Assembly (NCBI RefSeq): GCF_004010195.1
Contig: NC_057719.1
Location: forward strand, 37,178,535-37,198,534
DNA: 20,000 nucleotides
Direction of reading: 5' to 3'
From: Chiloscyllium plagiosum
Lineage: Eukaryota
In this document: positions 9,603 through 20,000 of the stretch, piece by piece
Position numbering within the stretch: position 1 is the first letter of the stretch
Layout of the letters: every line of letters starts with the position of its first letter
Translations under genes and position numbers: made by a program
The notes under the pieces: model-generated
Told to the model about the DNA's origin: nothing
Databases searched by the model: none
What the model saw: only the letters and a program-made list of their open reading frames with translations

Positions 9603-9964
9603 AAAAGAAAATTAAACTACCTGAAAGTGTTTCTACAAAGATTACAATTTAAAGAAAAGGGGGAGTATGTAAGGTAATACTGGAATTCACCTTTGTCATC
9701 AAATATGAAGCAACAGTGCCATAAACTGGCAATTACTGTTCATTTTCACAGGTTGCAGCACAAACCGTACAGATATTCTCTTGTACAGAACCGTTCTATT
9801 TTTGATAATAGTTCATTTTCACATTACACATATATTGATGTATGACTAAAAATAACTAACTCAAGGAAAAGCTAACCACATTTCTAATTTTGCACAATTA
9901 GAAATATTTTAGGAAATTAAAATATAACTACTTAATTTGGCATGTATGTTATGTGCTTTTAGTA

Positions 9965-10315
9965 GGAGATGGTGGCGCACTGGTAATGTCAATAGAATAT
10001 GATCCCAGTTAATGCTTCAGGAACACAGGCTAAATCCCACAATGATAACTGGTTGAATTTACTAAATCAATAAATATGGAATTGAAAGCTAGTGCCAGTG
10101 ATGGTAACCATGAAAACTGTCATGACTGTTGTAAAAGTCAATCTGGTTCACTAATGTTCATTAGGAAAACAAATCTATCATCCTTACCTGATTTAGCCTA
10201 TATTTGAATCCAGGCCTTCAGATGTGTGACTGACTCTTAAAATCCTATGAAATGGCCCTAGCTTGCCACTCAGACAAACAGCAATTAGGGATGGACAAGA
10301 AATTCTGACCTTGAT
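9965..10315 (+). mobile_element. SacSINE1-like Deu-domain SINE, decayed
   Basis: tRNA-like head 'ggtggcgcactggtaatgtca'. Body 'tctggttcactaatgttcattagga...atccttacctg', 'gactcttaaaatcctatgaaatggccctagc..gccactcag'. Tail 'gcaattagggatggacaa'. Confidence 0.75.
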
Positions 10316-12354
10316 GATTTATTTAAACTCTGCTGTGTTGTTTAATATTACAGCTTATAAAAAGTGACATATTTTGAAAATTGCTAATTAAGATTTAGTA
10401 CATAAAGTTTACAAACAATGTGTGGCCAATAACTTTATTGCTCATTAAATATTTGATATAAATAAGATGTATAAATAGCAGAGGTATATTTATATAAATA
10501 TTCAATTCATCCTGTAATAATGTCTTAGATCTTTTCTATAAATAATGCCAATAAAACAAAAAATTATATTAAAGAAGTACTAATAAATGAAACTTTTTTA
10601 AAAATTGATGCTAAAGATTATTTGTCTAGAAGATAAACACAACCTTTCAATGATTTGCTACAATTCAGATACAGAGACCTAATATTATTCTTGTGTTGGA
10701 CATAATTTATAATAAGGAAAATTCAGAAAAACATTATATCCAATTGCAATAAGTTGATGACACAGGAGTTGTCAGTGGTGTCAACATAATAATCCTGTTC
10801 CTGACAACTGTATTTGTCACTATTAAGATTGAATTCAAGTACACAATATGTCAGTGTTGAGGCCAGATTCTGTTCATCATTGACCCCTCTCTTCCAGCAA
10901 ACCATCCTTCTCTTCCACTTTCTAATTAATTACCTCATCCATTTTTTGGTGAAGCTACATGTAAGCAAGCTTAATAAGAAACACACTAAGGATAAAGAAA
11001 AAATATTTTAGCTTTAAAATAAAACTCAAATCTACTTGCACCAATGAATCAGATATTTAAAATGACATAAATTCTAATCCATTACATATGAGGTTTCAAT
11101 TCTGCTCATCATCTTTAAATATGAATGAGAAAGATCTGACATTCTACTTGCTTTTTATAGAATATTACAGACATAGCATTCAGCCGTTCGATAAAAAATA
11201 AAGCATTGACACAGTAGGTTTCCTACCTGAGTTCTTCAGTTAGATACATGGCCTAATATAAAGGGTAGATCCTTTTGAAGAATTCAAAAAAAAAAGCAAA
11301 TCAGCATGAATACATCTCTGCAATTTCTAGAAATGACTGAGCCATAAATATGAATAAAAAAGGATTTTAACAATCAATATGATGCCTTTCGGTTAAGCAG
11401 AAAGAGCATGCCTGCAGTCTTCTTGCCAGAATGCTGCACATTATGATCAGCTTGTAAGGCTGAACCATGTGATGATTCCAGCAAGTTTCATTACTCTGAC
11501 AGCTGTACATTCACTGAAACATCTTTAATGAATTCTTCCACATTTATCATTCTTTTTGTACACAAAATTTAAAACGGTAGCTGTGACAAGCTACATAATA
11601 TATTATCCATATATTTACTTTAGCCATTTCACAGATGCTGCAGAAGACAGATATTTACGCAGCATTATGTTGTATTAAAATGAAAACCTACTCCTGAGAG
11701 ATCTATGAAACAGATTCCATGGGTGGCCATTGTTTAAGATGCAGTTGAAGGTCAATGGCTTCTTTCACTGTTGTAATTTATATGACGTTTTTTCAGATCT
11801 ATAAATAAATCAATGCTGACATTTTATTTAACCAGGTTCAAAATTTCGTACAATTGATCATTTCTGTTTGGAGAAAGATAACATTTATTTGAAATGATCC
11901 TGAGAGACCTGGTAAACAAATACTTGTAAAATCATAACGTGTTAAGACCTACGATGGATTCAAGAACAGTGCCCCAATTAGTTAAGATTTCCAGCATTGC
12001 AGAATTTTTCTTTTGTTCCAAATAAACTGTTGGAGCTTTGCAATCATGTGAAAATCTTGGTGTACAAGAGAAATGCATTTCACACTGCAGGCTTCAATTT
12101 TCTTTAAATTTTGGACAGTGACAATTAAATCACCTTCCATTATGTCCTGGATTTTAATAAAAACATTGACTTTAAAACAGCTATTGTCTTTGTCTTTATA
12201 AACAATAATTATTTACTTGCAGGAGGTCCTCAATTATAATAAATGTTATAATCACTGCACAGCTTTTGTTTCACTGAAAACATCTGGTTCTCCCTCTAGT
12301 GACTGGATGAAAGCACTGTAAATCATTATGACTTTTTTTACTCCACTGATTATG

Positions 12355-12435
12355 AAGCAAGGACAGATTTCACTGCCAATCTCAAGTTGCCCTCAAGAGG
12401 TGGAAGTGCATCTTTTTGAACTGCTTCAATGCAGC
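12355..12435 (-). mobile_element. Short remnant of a LINE/SINE 3' tail related to the Deu-SINE tail
   Basis: 'tttcactgccaatctcaagttgccctcaagaggtgg...tttttgaactgct' resembles the antisense of the 'gggcaattagggatgggcaataaa' tail family. Confidence 0.4.
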
Positions 12436-12669
12436 TTCCACAAAGCTGGTTGGTACAGAATTTGATTAAATGACAATGAAGAAACAGCAATAAATGTTGA
12501 AATTAGCTTAGTGTCTGATATACAGGTTACCATGCTCCCAGAAAATTGCTTTCTTTGTCCTACTTGGCAATGAAAGGTACAGGATTGAGAAAAAATGCTA
12601 ATATGCTTGAAAATTGATGCAGTGTATCTGTAAATAACACACAGCAATAGTGGATGTTTACGCAATTGC

Positions 12670-12995
12670 ATAAGAACATTAGAATTAGGAGCTGAGTAAG
12701 ACCCTTCAGTCCCTTGCACCATTCAATAGAATCATGGGTTTACCTTACAAATTAACCCTGTATTTTTGCACTCCATACAAATCATTTAGTCCCCGAGAAC
12801 TTCATTTGCTTCCAGTGATCTATTGTCTTCAATATATGCAAACAATTGTACATCAAGGCTTTTCTAGGGTATAGAATCCCAAAGGTTCACAACTCTTTGA
12901 GTAAAGGAAGTTCTCTTCTTCTTAGTTTGAAATGGAGAATCCAGTATGCTGACTCTGCAATCCTGTGTTTTAGATTTTCCTGCCAGGAGATAAAG
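12670..12995 (-). mobile_element. Decayed CR1-clade LINE 3' end
   Basis: Antisense tail 'cataagaacattagaattaggagctgagtaag' and 'agaatcccaaaggttcacaactctttgagtaaaggaagttctc'. Confidence 0.7.
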
Positions 12996-13904
12996 GGCCA
13001 CTTAAGTGAACTATGCTTTCCTGTACAGCACAAGCATCGTGCATGTTGTTCTGGCTACATACATTTAAATAAGTGAAATGTATTCCATTACGTCCTTGCA
13101 CATATCTTCTTGTTGATGGAGACACTTTAGAGCTATTTACCACCAAGCAATTAATTTCTGACCAGGGTGAATAGTCACATACCTTATGTGACTCATGTTG
13201 CAATGTCAATGGAAGAAACATAAATCAAAATTACCAGACATAACAACGTACTGTGCAAATGCCACATTATTAACAGGGTTGTACTTTACATTACATAAAT
13301 CAGGACTTACACAAATTGAAATGTTTTGATGGGCAAATGATTCTTCCAATAAAATGATAAATTTCAGTTTAAATATGTCTTTCAAACCAAAAACAGTTGC
13401 ATCATCCCTGTAGATATGTGGCACCAAACGTAGTTTCAAAGCTCTCTAATTTAGCTACTCATGTAAAGGATTTCTCACTTTGCCCACCCAATCAATCCGG
13501 CCCTTGGGTCATGTTTACCACCAATTACATTTCATCCAACATCACCTGAAACAGCAACCTGATGGCACACTCCTACAGCATATCCCTAACTAGGCTAATG
13601 ACAAGCTGGATGGCATAGATTCCCCAGAGATAGCTTTATCTGATCCTTTTAATAAGCCTTGTTAAGTGGTCTGATTGGGTTTGTAAAAACCAAAGCAACC
13701 GCAGTACAATTGTCAATACGCAATTCCTGCTATAAACCTTTCAGTTTTGAGTTCTGTCCAACTATATTAAATACCTACAGCTTCTTGTCAGCATACCTTC
13801 TTCGTTCTCCCTCTGCTGCATCTCTACTTGTTATTTGCAGCTGTCTTCTGTGTTTGATCACAGAGCTTTCATATGCTAACTTACTTCCCATTAGTACAGC
13901 TTTC

Positions 13905-13925
13905 AGGTCAAGGGTCATCAGGTCA
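13905..13925 (+). promoter_or_regulatory. Candidate composite nuclear-receptor response element (DR1 + DR2)
   Basis: AGGTCA-a-GGGTCA-tc-AGGTCA: three perfect RGGTCA half-sites in direct orientation within non-repeat DNA. Confidence 0.4.
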
Positions 13926-14973
13926 CACAGCTTGTATTGATTATTAATGAAGACAATTACAACTGATCTATTCAGAATTGATACAAACTATTAAATGCCT
14001 TCCTTTTCGAACATTCATCTAACCAATTACAAAATTTCTTAATTGTGCTCTCCCCGGATCAAAGGTTGTCAGATTGGTTAATTTGAGTTTTTGGTCAATG
14101 GCGAGTCTCCCCCTCACCCCATTCCATTTGCACCACAGCAAACTGCTTCATAAATTATACATCCTGTTGCTTATCTGAAAGTAAATTGCTAACTTAAGGC
14201 TACTTCATAAAGAGTGAAATGAATCACGGTGTCAGACTGCCACAATTACACCACGACGCTAGACTGAATCAGATGCTTGAAAAATACTCCCAAATGACAT
14301 TCACCTCATTGATTATTAATTCTCTTCATTTAAAGGATGCACTTGAACTAATAACAGCAACTTTTAGGATGAGAATTAAGGAATGTATCTATTCATTAGA
14401 AACAGATTATTGAGTGAAGTTGATGTTGTTGTAATGAAATGGATGCAACTTTGTGCCATTGCATAGTGAATCTTTTTCCATGCATTGGGAAATATTCAGA
14501 CTAACATCACAATATAATATGTGCTTTAATACATGTAACTGAGAAAAATAGTTTTGAAGTTGAGGACTACTGAATGAGTATTGGAAGTTAGTCAGACGTC
14601 AGGGGCATAATCACATTAATAATACAGGGTTCAGTAATTCTTGAATATGATGTAGAGATATCATACCATAATAATATTCTCAAACTTTAAAAGAAGATTA
14701 TCTTGATAACAAGCAAAAACACTTTACAGAGTTGAATGAACTGGTTTGAAGGTCCTTTTATCTACATTCATCAGTGAAGAACCTTGCTTATTTTTAAACC
14801 TGAAAGATGCTAAATGAATGCGGTGTTACTACAGTACTTTCTGCCTTACTGCACTTTACATTTATAAAACACATCTGTCTCCGCATTGAAATATATGGAA
14901 TTTATTTACTGTTGCAGTATAATTGATTTAACAGGCAAAACAATGTCATGTGAGTACTATAGAATGTGAGAAT

Positions 14974-17750
14974 GGGTGAAATCTTCCCAGTCTCTGAACA
15001 ATATGGGTAATGCTGATTCAGATCAGAAAATGAGGCAAAAATCAGGGAAATGAGATCCTCAATGTTGACAAAAAAAATTCAATTCTGTACCTTAGCTTTG
15101 AAAAGACAGTCAAGAACCTCACTAGTGAATGGTGAGAGATCTCTATGCATTTGTTATTGGTACCCAGTATCGCCTTATTAATAAGCAATTTCCCATTCTT
15201 CTACGACCAGATAGAAACTAGATGGTAATAATTCTTGGCAATGAAACTCAAAGTGGACATCTGGCAGCTCCAACACGTGGCGTGCTCCTCGGGGCTTCAA
15301 TTGTGAACAGCAGTCACCAACATTTCAGGCTACTCTATCCCATCCACACAGGTTGGCATTGGACATGTATCAGCCTCACCACAACATTATGACACATCTC
15401 TTCTGCATGTTGGAACACACCAACACCTTCCATTGGAGTGCTGCGGCTGCCAGTGCACTTTGTGTACAGGGATAGGGACCCATCTCTGGACCACGTTACA
15501 TCTCAGGGCTCTTCACTTCCCCTTTTTGCACTTCCTCGCTTTGTGCTTTCACTTTCAGATGCTCACAGCCTTTCTGTCTTTTTGCACTCTGCCACTTCAT
15601 TCAAAACTTAAAACCTTACAGTACTTCTGTCTTGGCTTGCTAGTTAGTACAGATGCAAAGCTAGGCAATTTTTCATGGTTGTCAGCATTGATCAGTCACG
15701 GGATCAGAAATGTTGCTGCATAGCACGATGTTGTGTCAATATCATCCCTACATCATGAGCCAACAGCTATACGGCAGGCACACTACATGTGATTCAACTA
15801 AATGACGATGTTTCCAAGTCTAAGAGAAAAAATTCTCATTCTTGTCAAGGGGACTGTCGTCAGTCAGGGGTCTTACCACATTCAGTCATGGGCAGAGTCT
15901 GAACTCAGTCCAGGGCCTTGGACATAATTGATCGGCCTCTTGGAATGGTCAGGGTCAGAGGTTCCATATCTCTGCAGCCCAGGGAACTAGGCCAGACCTG
16001 CATGTCCTGTTTAACTTGGTCTGGGATTCTCAGTAAGTCAGTCTGGGAGCTCTGCAAGGATGAGACTCATCAGTCAAGGCTGTCTACCCAGGTTAGTCAG
16101 AGCAGTGGGCTATGGTCAGTCGTAGGGGTCTGCCAAATGAAACTGAAGGGCATTAGCAAGGGAGGTTGTTATGGTCAGAAAGTTGGAGAATTGTAGAGAT
16201 TGAATGCAGCGTGCTGGGATGCAGAATTGTAGATGCAGTGTGTGAGGTACAGATAGACGTGAAGAGGAAGGGACAATGCAATATTTATGGATGGGAGACA
16301 ATAGTGCATTGGAGGATAGGGATAATGGTAAAGGTAGGGTCATCGATAGTTATAACCACCCTGGGCCTTGACAAGGAAGGACAGTGTGGCATGGCTAAGC
16401 TATACACATAGGGTTCAGGGGGTAACATTGGGAATTGAAGACGTAAATGAAAAAGTTATAAATGAACTACAAGGTATCAGTAACTACCAGACTACAGATT
16501 CCTACTCTGCTTATGGGGCATAGCTAGTGCTGCACACACCGGATTAAGGTCCATATGTCTAATGTCCATGTAGAGACCCGCCTTCTCAGAGTCCTCCATG
16601 TCCCATTGTATTGAGGACATTGTTAAACAGTAATCTGTGTAATGTGAATGTTGACTGTTCACATTACCTAGGCCCTATACTGTTTCTGATATTCCCGCCA
16701 CAGGTTCTTTGGAATGGTGACCAATGGATCCAGTCACAGCTGGGGTCATCGTCACTGTGGCTGCAGTGCTAAAAATGTGCAGAGAAGTTGAGGATGAACA
16801 AGCCAAGTCCAATGATTGTCAAGCCGCCTTCATACAAAGTAGTCACAAATGAAAGTCCACTCAATATGAGGAGAGAGAAAGCCCAGGGCCACGTTCACTA
16901 GATGAATGAGGGGCAGTGTTACTTTAGACTGTGGATGTCTGGGACACCACCACATGAACTATGTCAACTGCTGAAGTAGATCTTGAGGAGGTGAGTGGCC
17001 ATCCTATCCTTGGGATTGCCAAAGTTTCAGATGCACCATGTTTTTATAAAATTGGCTCCCAATGAACCACTTCGACCACTGTGGCATCTCTTAATGCACA
17101 AATGTATCAAGGCTGTTACCAATGCAATTACTGATGACACTATCTCATTTCTTAATGACAAGACCAGTGCTGCAGCCTGGGCATTAATAAAACAGGGTTC
17201 CATTCCATCAGTGTATAAGTCAATTGCAATCATCTATACCACATTCTTTAAGTCTGCACAAGGTACCCTGGAACTGGCCAGGGTGCCTATATCCTTAAGA
17301 ACCCCTCTGTTTGTGCTTCATCCCAAAGGCTAAATGCTTTACAAGGACGGCTGCTGGGAGTGTAGGGCCAACCTTTGTAAATATGACAGAGGACTCCACC
17401 TTGCAACTCCCCAGCCAATGCTGAGTCTACATTGTTCCCAATCATCAACCAGGGCTATCATGAAGGAGACTACATGCCTTCTGAAGATGAGGTTCCAATG
17501 TTTGGATCATTGAGGGTGGATGAGGAACTTGCAATACACTCCAGACAAGGTACGGCACAGAATTCTGAACGCCACGCTCTGCACAACTAAAGCAGGTAAA
17601 GGGGGACAGGATGGACTGAAGAGCTTAGGGAGCAGCAGCAGTCTTTCAAGGAAGAACATTAGGCCATTGAGCAGGAGAAACATTACCTACTGCATGATAG
17701 AATGATGCAACATGGACTTAAATAAATGTTACTAATCCCACTTCCTTCCC
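14974..17750 (+). mobile_element. Probable extent of a degenerate PIF/Harbinger DNA transposon (boundaries uncertain)
   Basis: GC content rises from about 15 kb. 'gggtgaaatcttcc' at 14974 resembles a Harbinger-type terminal inverted repeat (TIR). The region contains the transposase fossil. No matching right TIR found. Confidence 0.35.
16902..17590 (+). pseudogene. PIF/Harbinger (HARBI1-like, DDE_Tnp_4) transposase fossil
   Basis: Frameshifted pieces in family order: MNEGQCYFRLWMS, HELCQLL, HKCIKAVTNAI, GFHSISV*VNCNHLYHIL*VCTRYPGTGQGAYILK, GRLLGV*GQP, TRAIMKETTCLLKMRFQCLDH, LQYTPDKV, ALHN. These match NRKGFHSINVQ..CD, RYPGS.HDAYIL, WLLGDKGYP, TR..IER..GLLK.RFRCLD and CC.LHN. Confidence 0.85.
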
Positions 17751-18044
17751 TCCCCAAAAGGACTAATACAGCAAAGTAACCAGGGTTTTATTTTTAAAAA
17801 ACATGCATACTATTTTATACATGTCACACAAAATTAAAATAGCATATTTTAATTGATTACCTAATTATCTTTCTCTCTTCTTCAGCATTTTCTCATGTTA
17901 CATGGTGTCACAACAGTGCTTCTCCATCTCCATTCATATCAGTCATCATTTTTGGATTTGGTGGGTGGTTTGGCAGCCACTAACAATCCCCATTTATCTG
18001 AGCTGGGGATTGCTGACATGCCTGCACTGATGCTTGAGCTTAGC

Positions 18045-18110
18045 ACTGGCATGGAACTCGAAACTGAAACGTTTGGCTTAGAGGCAGGTGCACTACCATC
18101 TGAGTCTCAA
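18045..18110 (-). mobile_element. Decayed tRNA-derived SINE head
   Basis: The reverse complement 'gactcagatggtagtgcacctgcctctaagccaaacgtttcagtttcgagttcc' has A-box-like and B-box-like (tttcgagt) segments at tRNA spacing. Confidence 0.45.
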
Positions 18111-19036
18111 TAATATTTAACCTCCTAATTTATCATATAATCATTTTGAGTTGTAGTCCAATGCAGTAATTAATATGTCAATAATCCTTCAATGTGACAC
18201 ATGAAATATCTTTCTGACTTCCCTCAACATTATTATTTCTGTAAATTATCTTCAAATACCAGTGTTTTATTGTCAGACAATTCCCCCCTTCCTTTTTCAC
18301 AGTAACAGCAAACTCCTATTCAGTGAAGTGCATCATCCTGCATTTCATATTAATTCCTAATAAAGTCTATTCATATAATTCGCTCTCAGTGACAACAGGA
18401 GTGAAACGTTTAATCTATTTCATTTAGATATAAAATTGAGAGCTGCAATTTTGCTGATTGGTGGTTTAACTTCAGTATTCCATTTAAATGTTGCATACTG
18501 AAATTTACAATGTTTCTACACAATAAAAAGCCAGGGCACTTACTGCTGCATAAATGTCTAAAATACTAAACACCTTAGATATGAGACCGGTCCCACAACT
18601 TGATACAGCAATCCTTGCAGAACTTGAATATCTCAATTCAGTACTTATCTTGGGGTAGAATTAATTTGCTATAAGTTCACTTCATTACACCTCTGTAATT
18701 TATCTAAGATATCCACAACTCTGAAAAGGTTTTGATTTGCATCCAAAGCTGAAAATATTTCATGAAAGAAAGATTTTCATGCCTGAGAAGTATATTCAGG
18801 AATTGAGGCTATTCTTTGTTTGGTATTTCAACATGAAATGTTATTACGTGCGATAAGTCATATCATAATACTCAATGCAGTAGTAAATACAGCATTCAAA
18901 AGAATCCTCTTGGAAGGGAACATTTTCAAAGTTATCTGCAGTCTGATTTCATAATAAAAGACACAGCATTACTGGTAAAAGTAATTAAGTGACATAACTA
19001 CATATGGGTTTGTCAATTCAAAAATACCTTGAAGAA

Positions 19037-20000
19037 TAGGGAGAGAATAGGGTCCTTCAAAGATCAGCCTTGTGTGGAGCCACAGAAAATAGGGGAGACA
19101 CTGAATGAATATTTTGCATCAGTATTTACTGTGGAAAAGGATATGGAAGATTTTGACTTAGGGAAATAGATGGTGACATCTTGCAGATTGTCCATATTAC
19201 AGAGGAGGAAGTGCTGGATGTCTTGAAATGGTTAAAGGTGGATAAATCCCCAGGACCTGATCAGGTGTACCCAAGAACTCTGTGGGAAGCTAGAGAAGTG
19301 ATTGCTGGGCCTCTTGCTGAGATATTTGTATCATCGATAGTCACAGGTGAGATGCCGGAAGACTGGAGGTTGGCAAACATGGTGCCACTGTTTAACAAGG
19401 GTGGTAAAGACAAGCCAGGGAACTATAGACCGGTGAGCCTGACCTCAGTGGCGGACAAGTTGTTGGAGGGAATCCTGAGGGACAGGATGTACATGTATTT
19501 GGAAAGGCAAGGACTGATTAGGAATAGTCAACATGGCTTTGTGCGTGGGAAATCATGTCTCACAAACTTGATTGAGCTTTTTGAAGAAGTAACAAAGAAG
19601 ATTGATGAGGGCAGAGCATTTGATTTGATCTATATGGACTTCAGTAAGGCGTTCGACAAGGTTCCCCATGGGAGACTGATTAGCAAGGTTAGATCTCACG
19701 GAATACAGGGAGAACTAACCATTTGGATACAGAACTGGCACACAGGTAGAAGANNNNNNNNNNNNNNNNNNNNNNNNNNNNNNNNNNNNNNNNNNNNNNN
19801 NNNNNNNNNNNNNNNNNNNNNNNNNNNNNNGTGGTGGAGGGTTGTTTTTCAGACTGGAGGCCTGTGACCAGTGGAGTGCCACAAGGATTGGTGCTGGGTC
19901 CTCTACCTTTTGTCATTTACATAAATGATTTGGATGCGAGCATAAGAGGTACAGTTAGTAAGTTTGCAGATGACACCAAAATTGGAGGTGTAGTGGACAG
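19037..20000 (+). mobile_element. Young 5'-truncated CR1-clade LINE ORF2 (reverse transcriptase), running off the window end
   Basis: LKVDKSPGPDQVYPRTLWE, PEDWRLANMVPLFNKGGKDKPGNYRPVSLTSV, SQHGFVRGKSCLTNLIE, DLIYMDFSKAFDKVPH. After the N gap: [23 protein letters not shown]...[13 protein letters not shown]. One frameshift near 19160. Confidence 0.95.
19754..19830. other. Assembly gap (77 N)
   Basis: Run of N inside the CR1 RT. Confidence 0.99.

Noticed and set aside
10934..10954. Possible 21-nt minus-strand microexon (tag|CTTCACCAAAAAATGGATGAG|gtaatt)
   Set aside because: Weak acceptor; cannot be supported without RNA-seq or conservation.
13173..13193. 9-bp hairpin agtcacata-cct-tatgtgact (also a 9-bp inverted repeat at about 9881-9904)
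   Set aside because: About one such stem is expected by chance in 20 kb.
10723..13940. Short ORFs in unique DNA (10723-10905, 12970-13221, 13206-13439, 13659-13940) as possible exons or endogenous viral fragments
   Set aside because: No recognisable motifs and no consistent splice-site-bounded frame; lengths are compatible with chance.
15946..15964. TGGTCA-GGGTCA-g-AGGTTC half-site run
   Set aside because: Imperfect half-sites inside probable transposon DNA.
1..20000. CRISPR array, bona fide tRNA/rRNA genes or prokaryotic systems
   Set aside because: No repeat-spacer periodicity; tRNA-like segments are SINE heads; the sequence is vertebrate.

Overview
Eukaryotic, repeat-rich, apparently intronic or intergenic DNA from a cartilaginous fish. 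A shark is inferred from the HE1/V-SINE, SacSINE1/Deu-SINE, CR1/HER1-type LINE and shark-type Penelope repeats. I can support no intact host gene, RNA gene or CRISPR array. The ORF-track entries are transposon fragments or chance frames. Contents: several nested, decayed CR1-clade LINE pieces; a young 5'-truncated CR1 ORF2/RT broken by an N gap; tRNA-derived SINEs; four Penelope-like element (PLE) insertions; a dead PIF/Harbinger transposase; and an unclassified CpG-rich retroposon. The most interesting signal is in the PLE terminal repeats. They carry a minimal hammerhead-ribozyme-like core (CTGANGA, stem II, GAAA, [C]GTH) whose stems I and II covary between PLE subfamilies inside this window. 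One young copy forms a 95-bp near-perfect fold-back with a target-site duplication (TSD). The unique DNA at 10.3-15 kb has candidate enhancer signals: a triple nuclear-receptor half-site (DR1+DR2) and a TGACA cluster. All family calls come from recalled motifs, not database searches.
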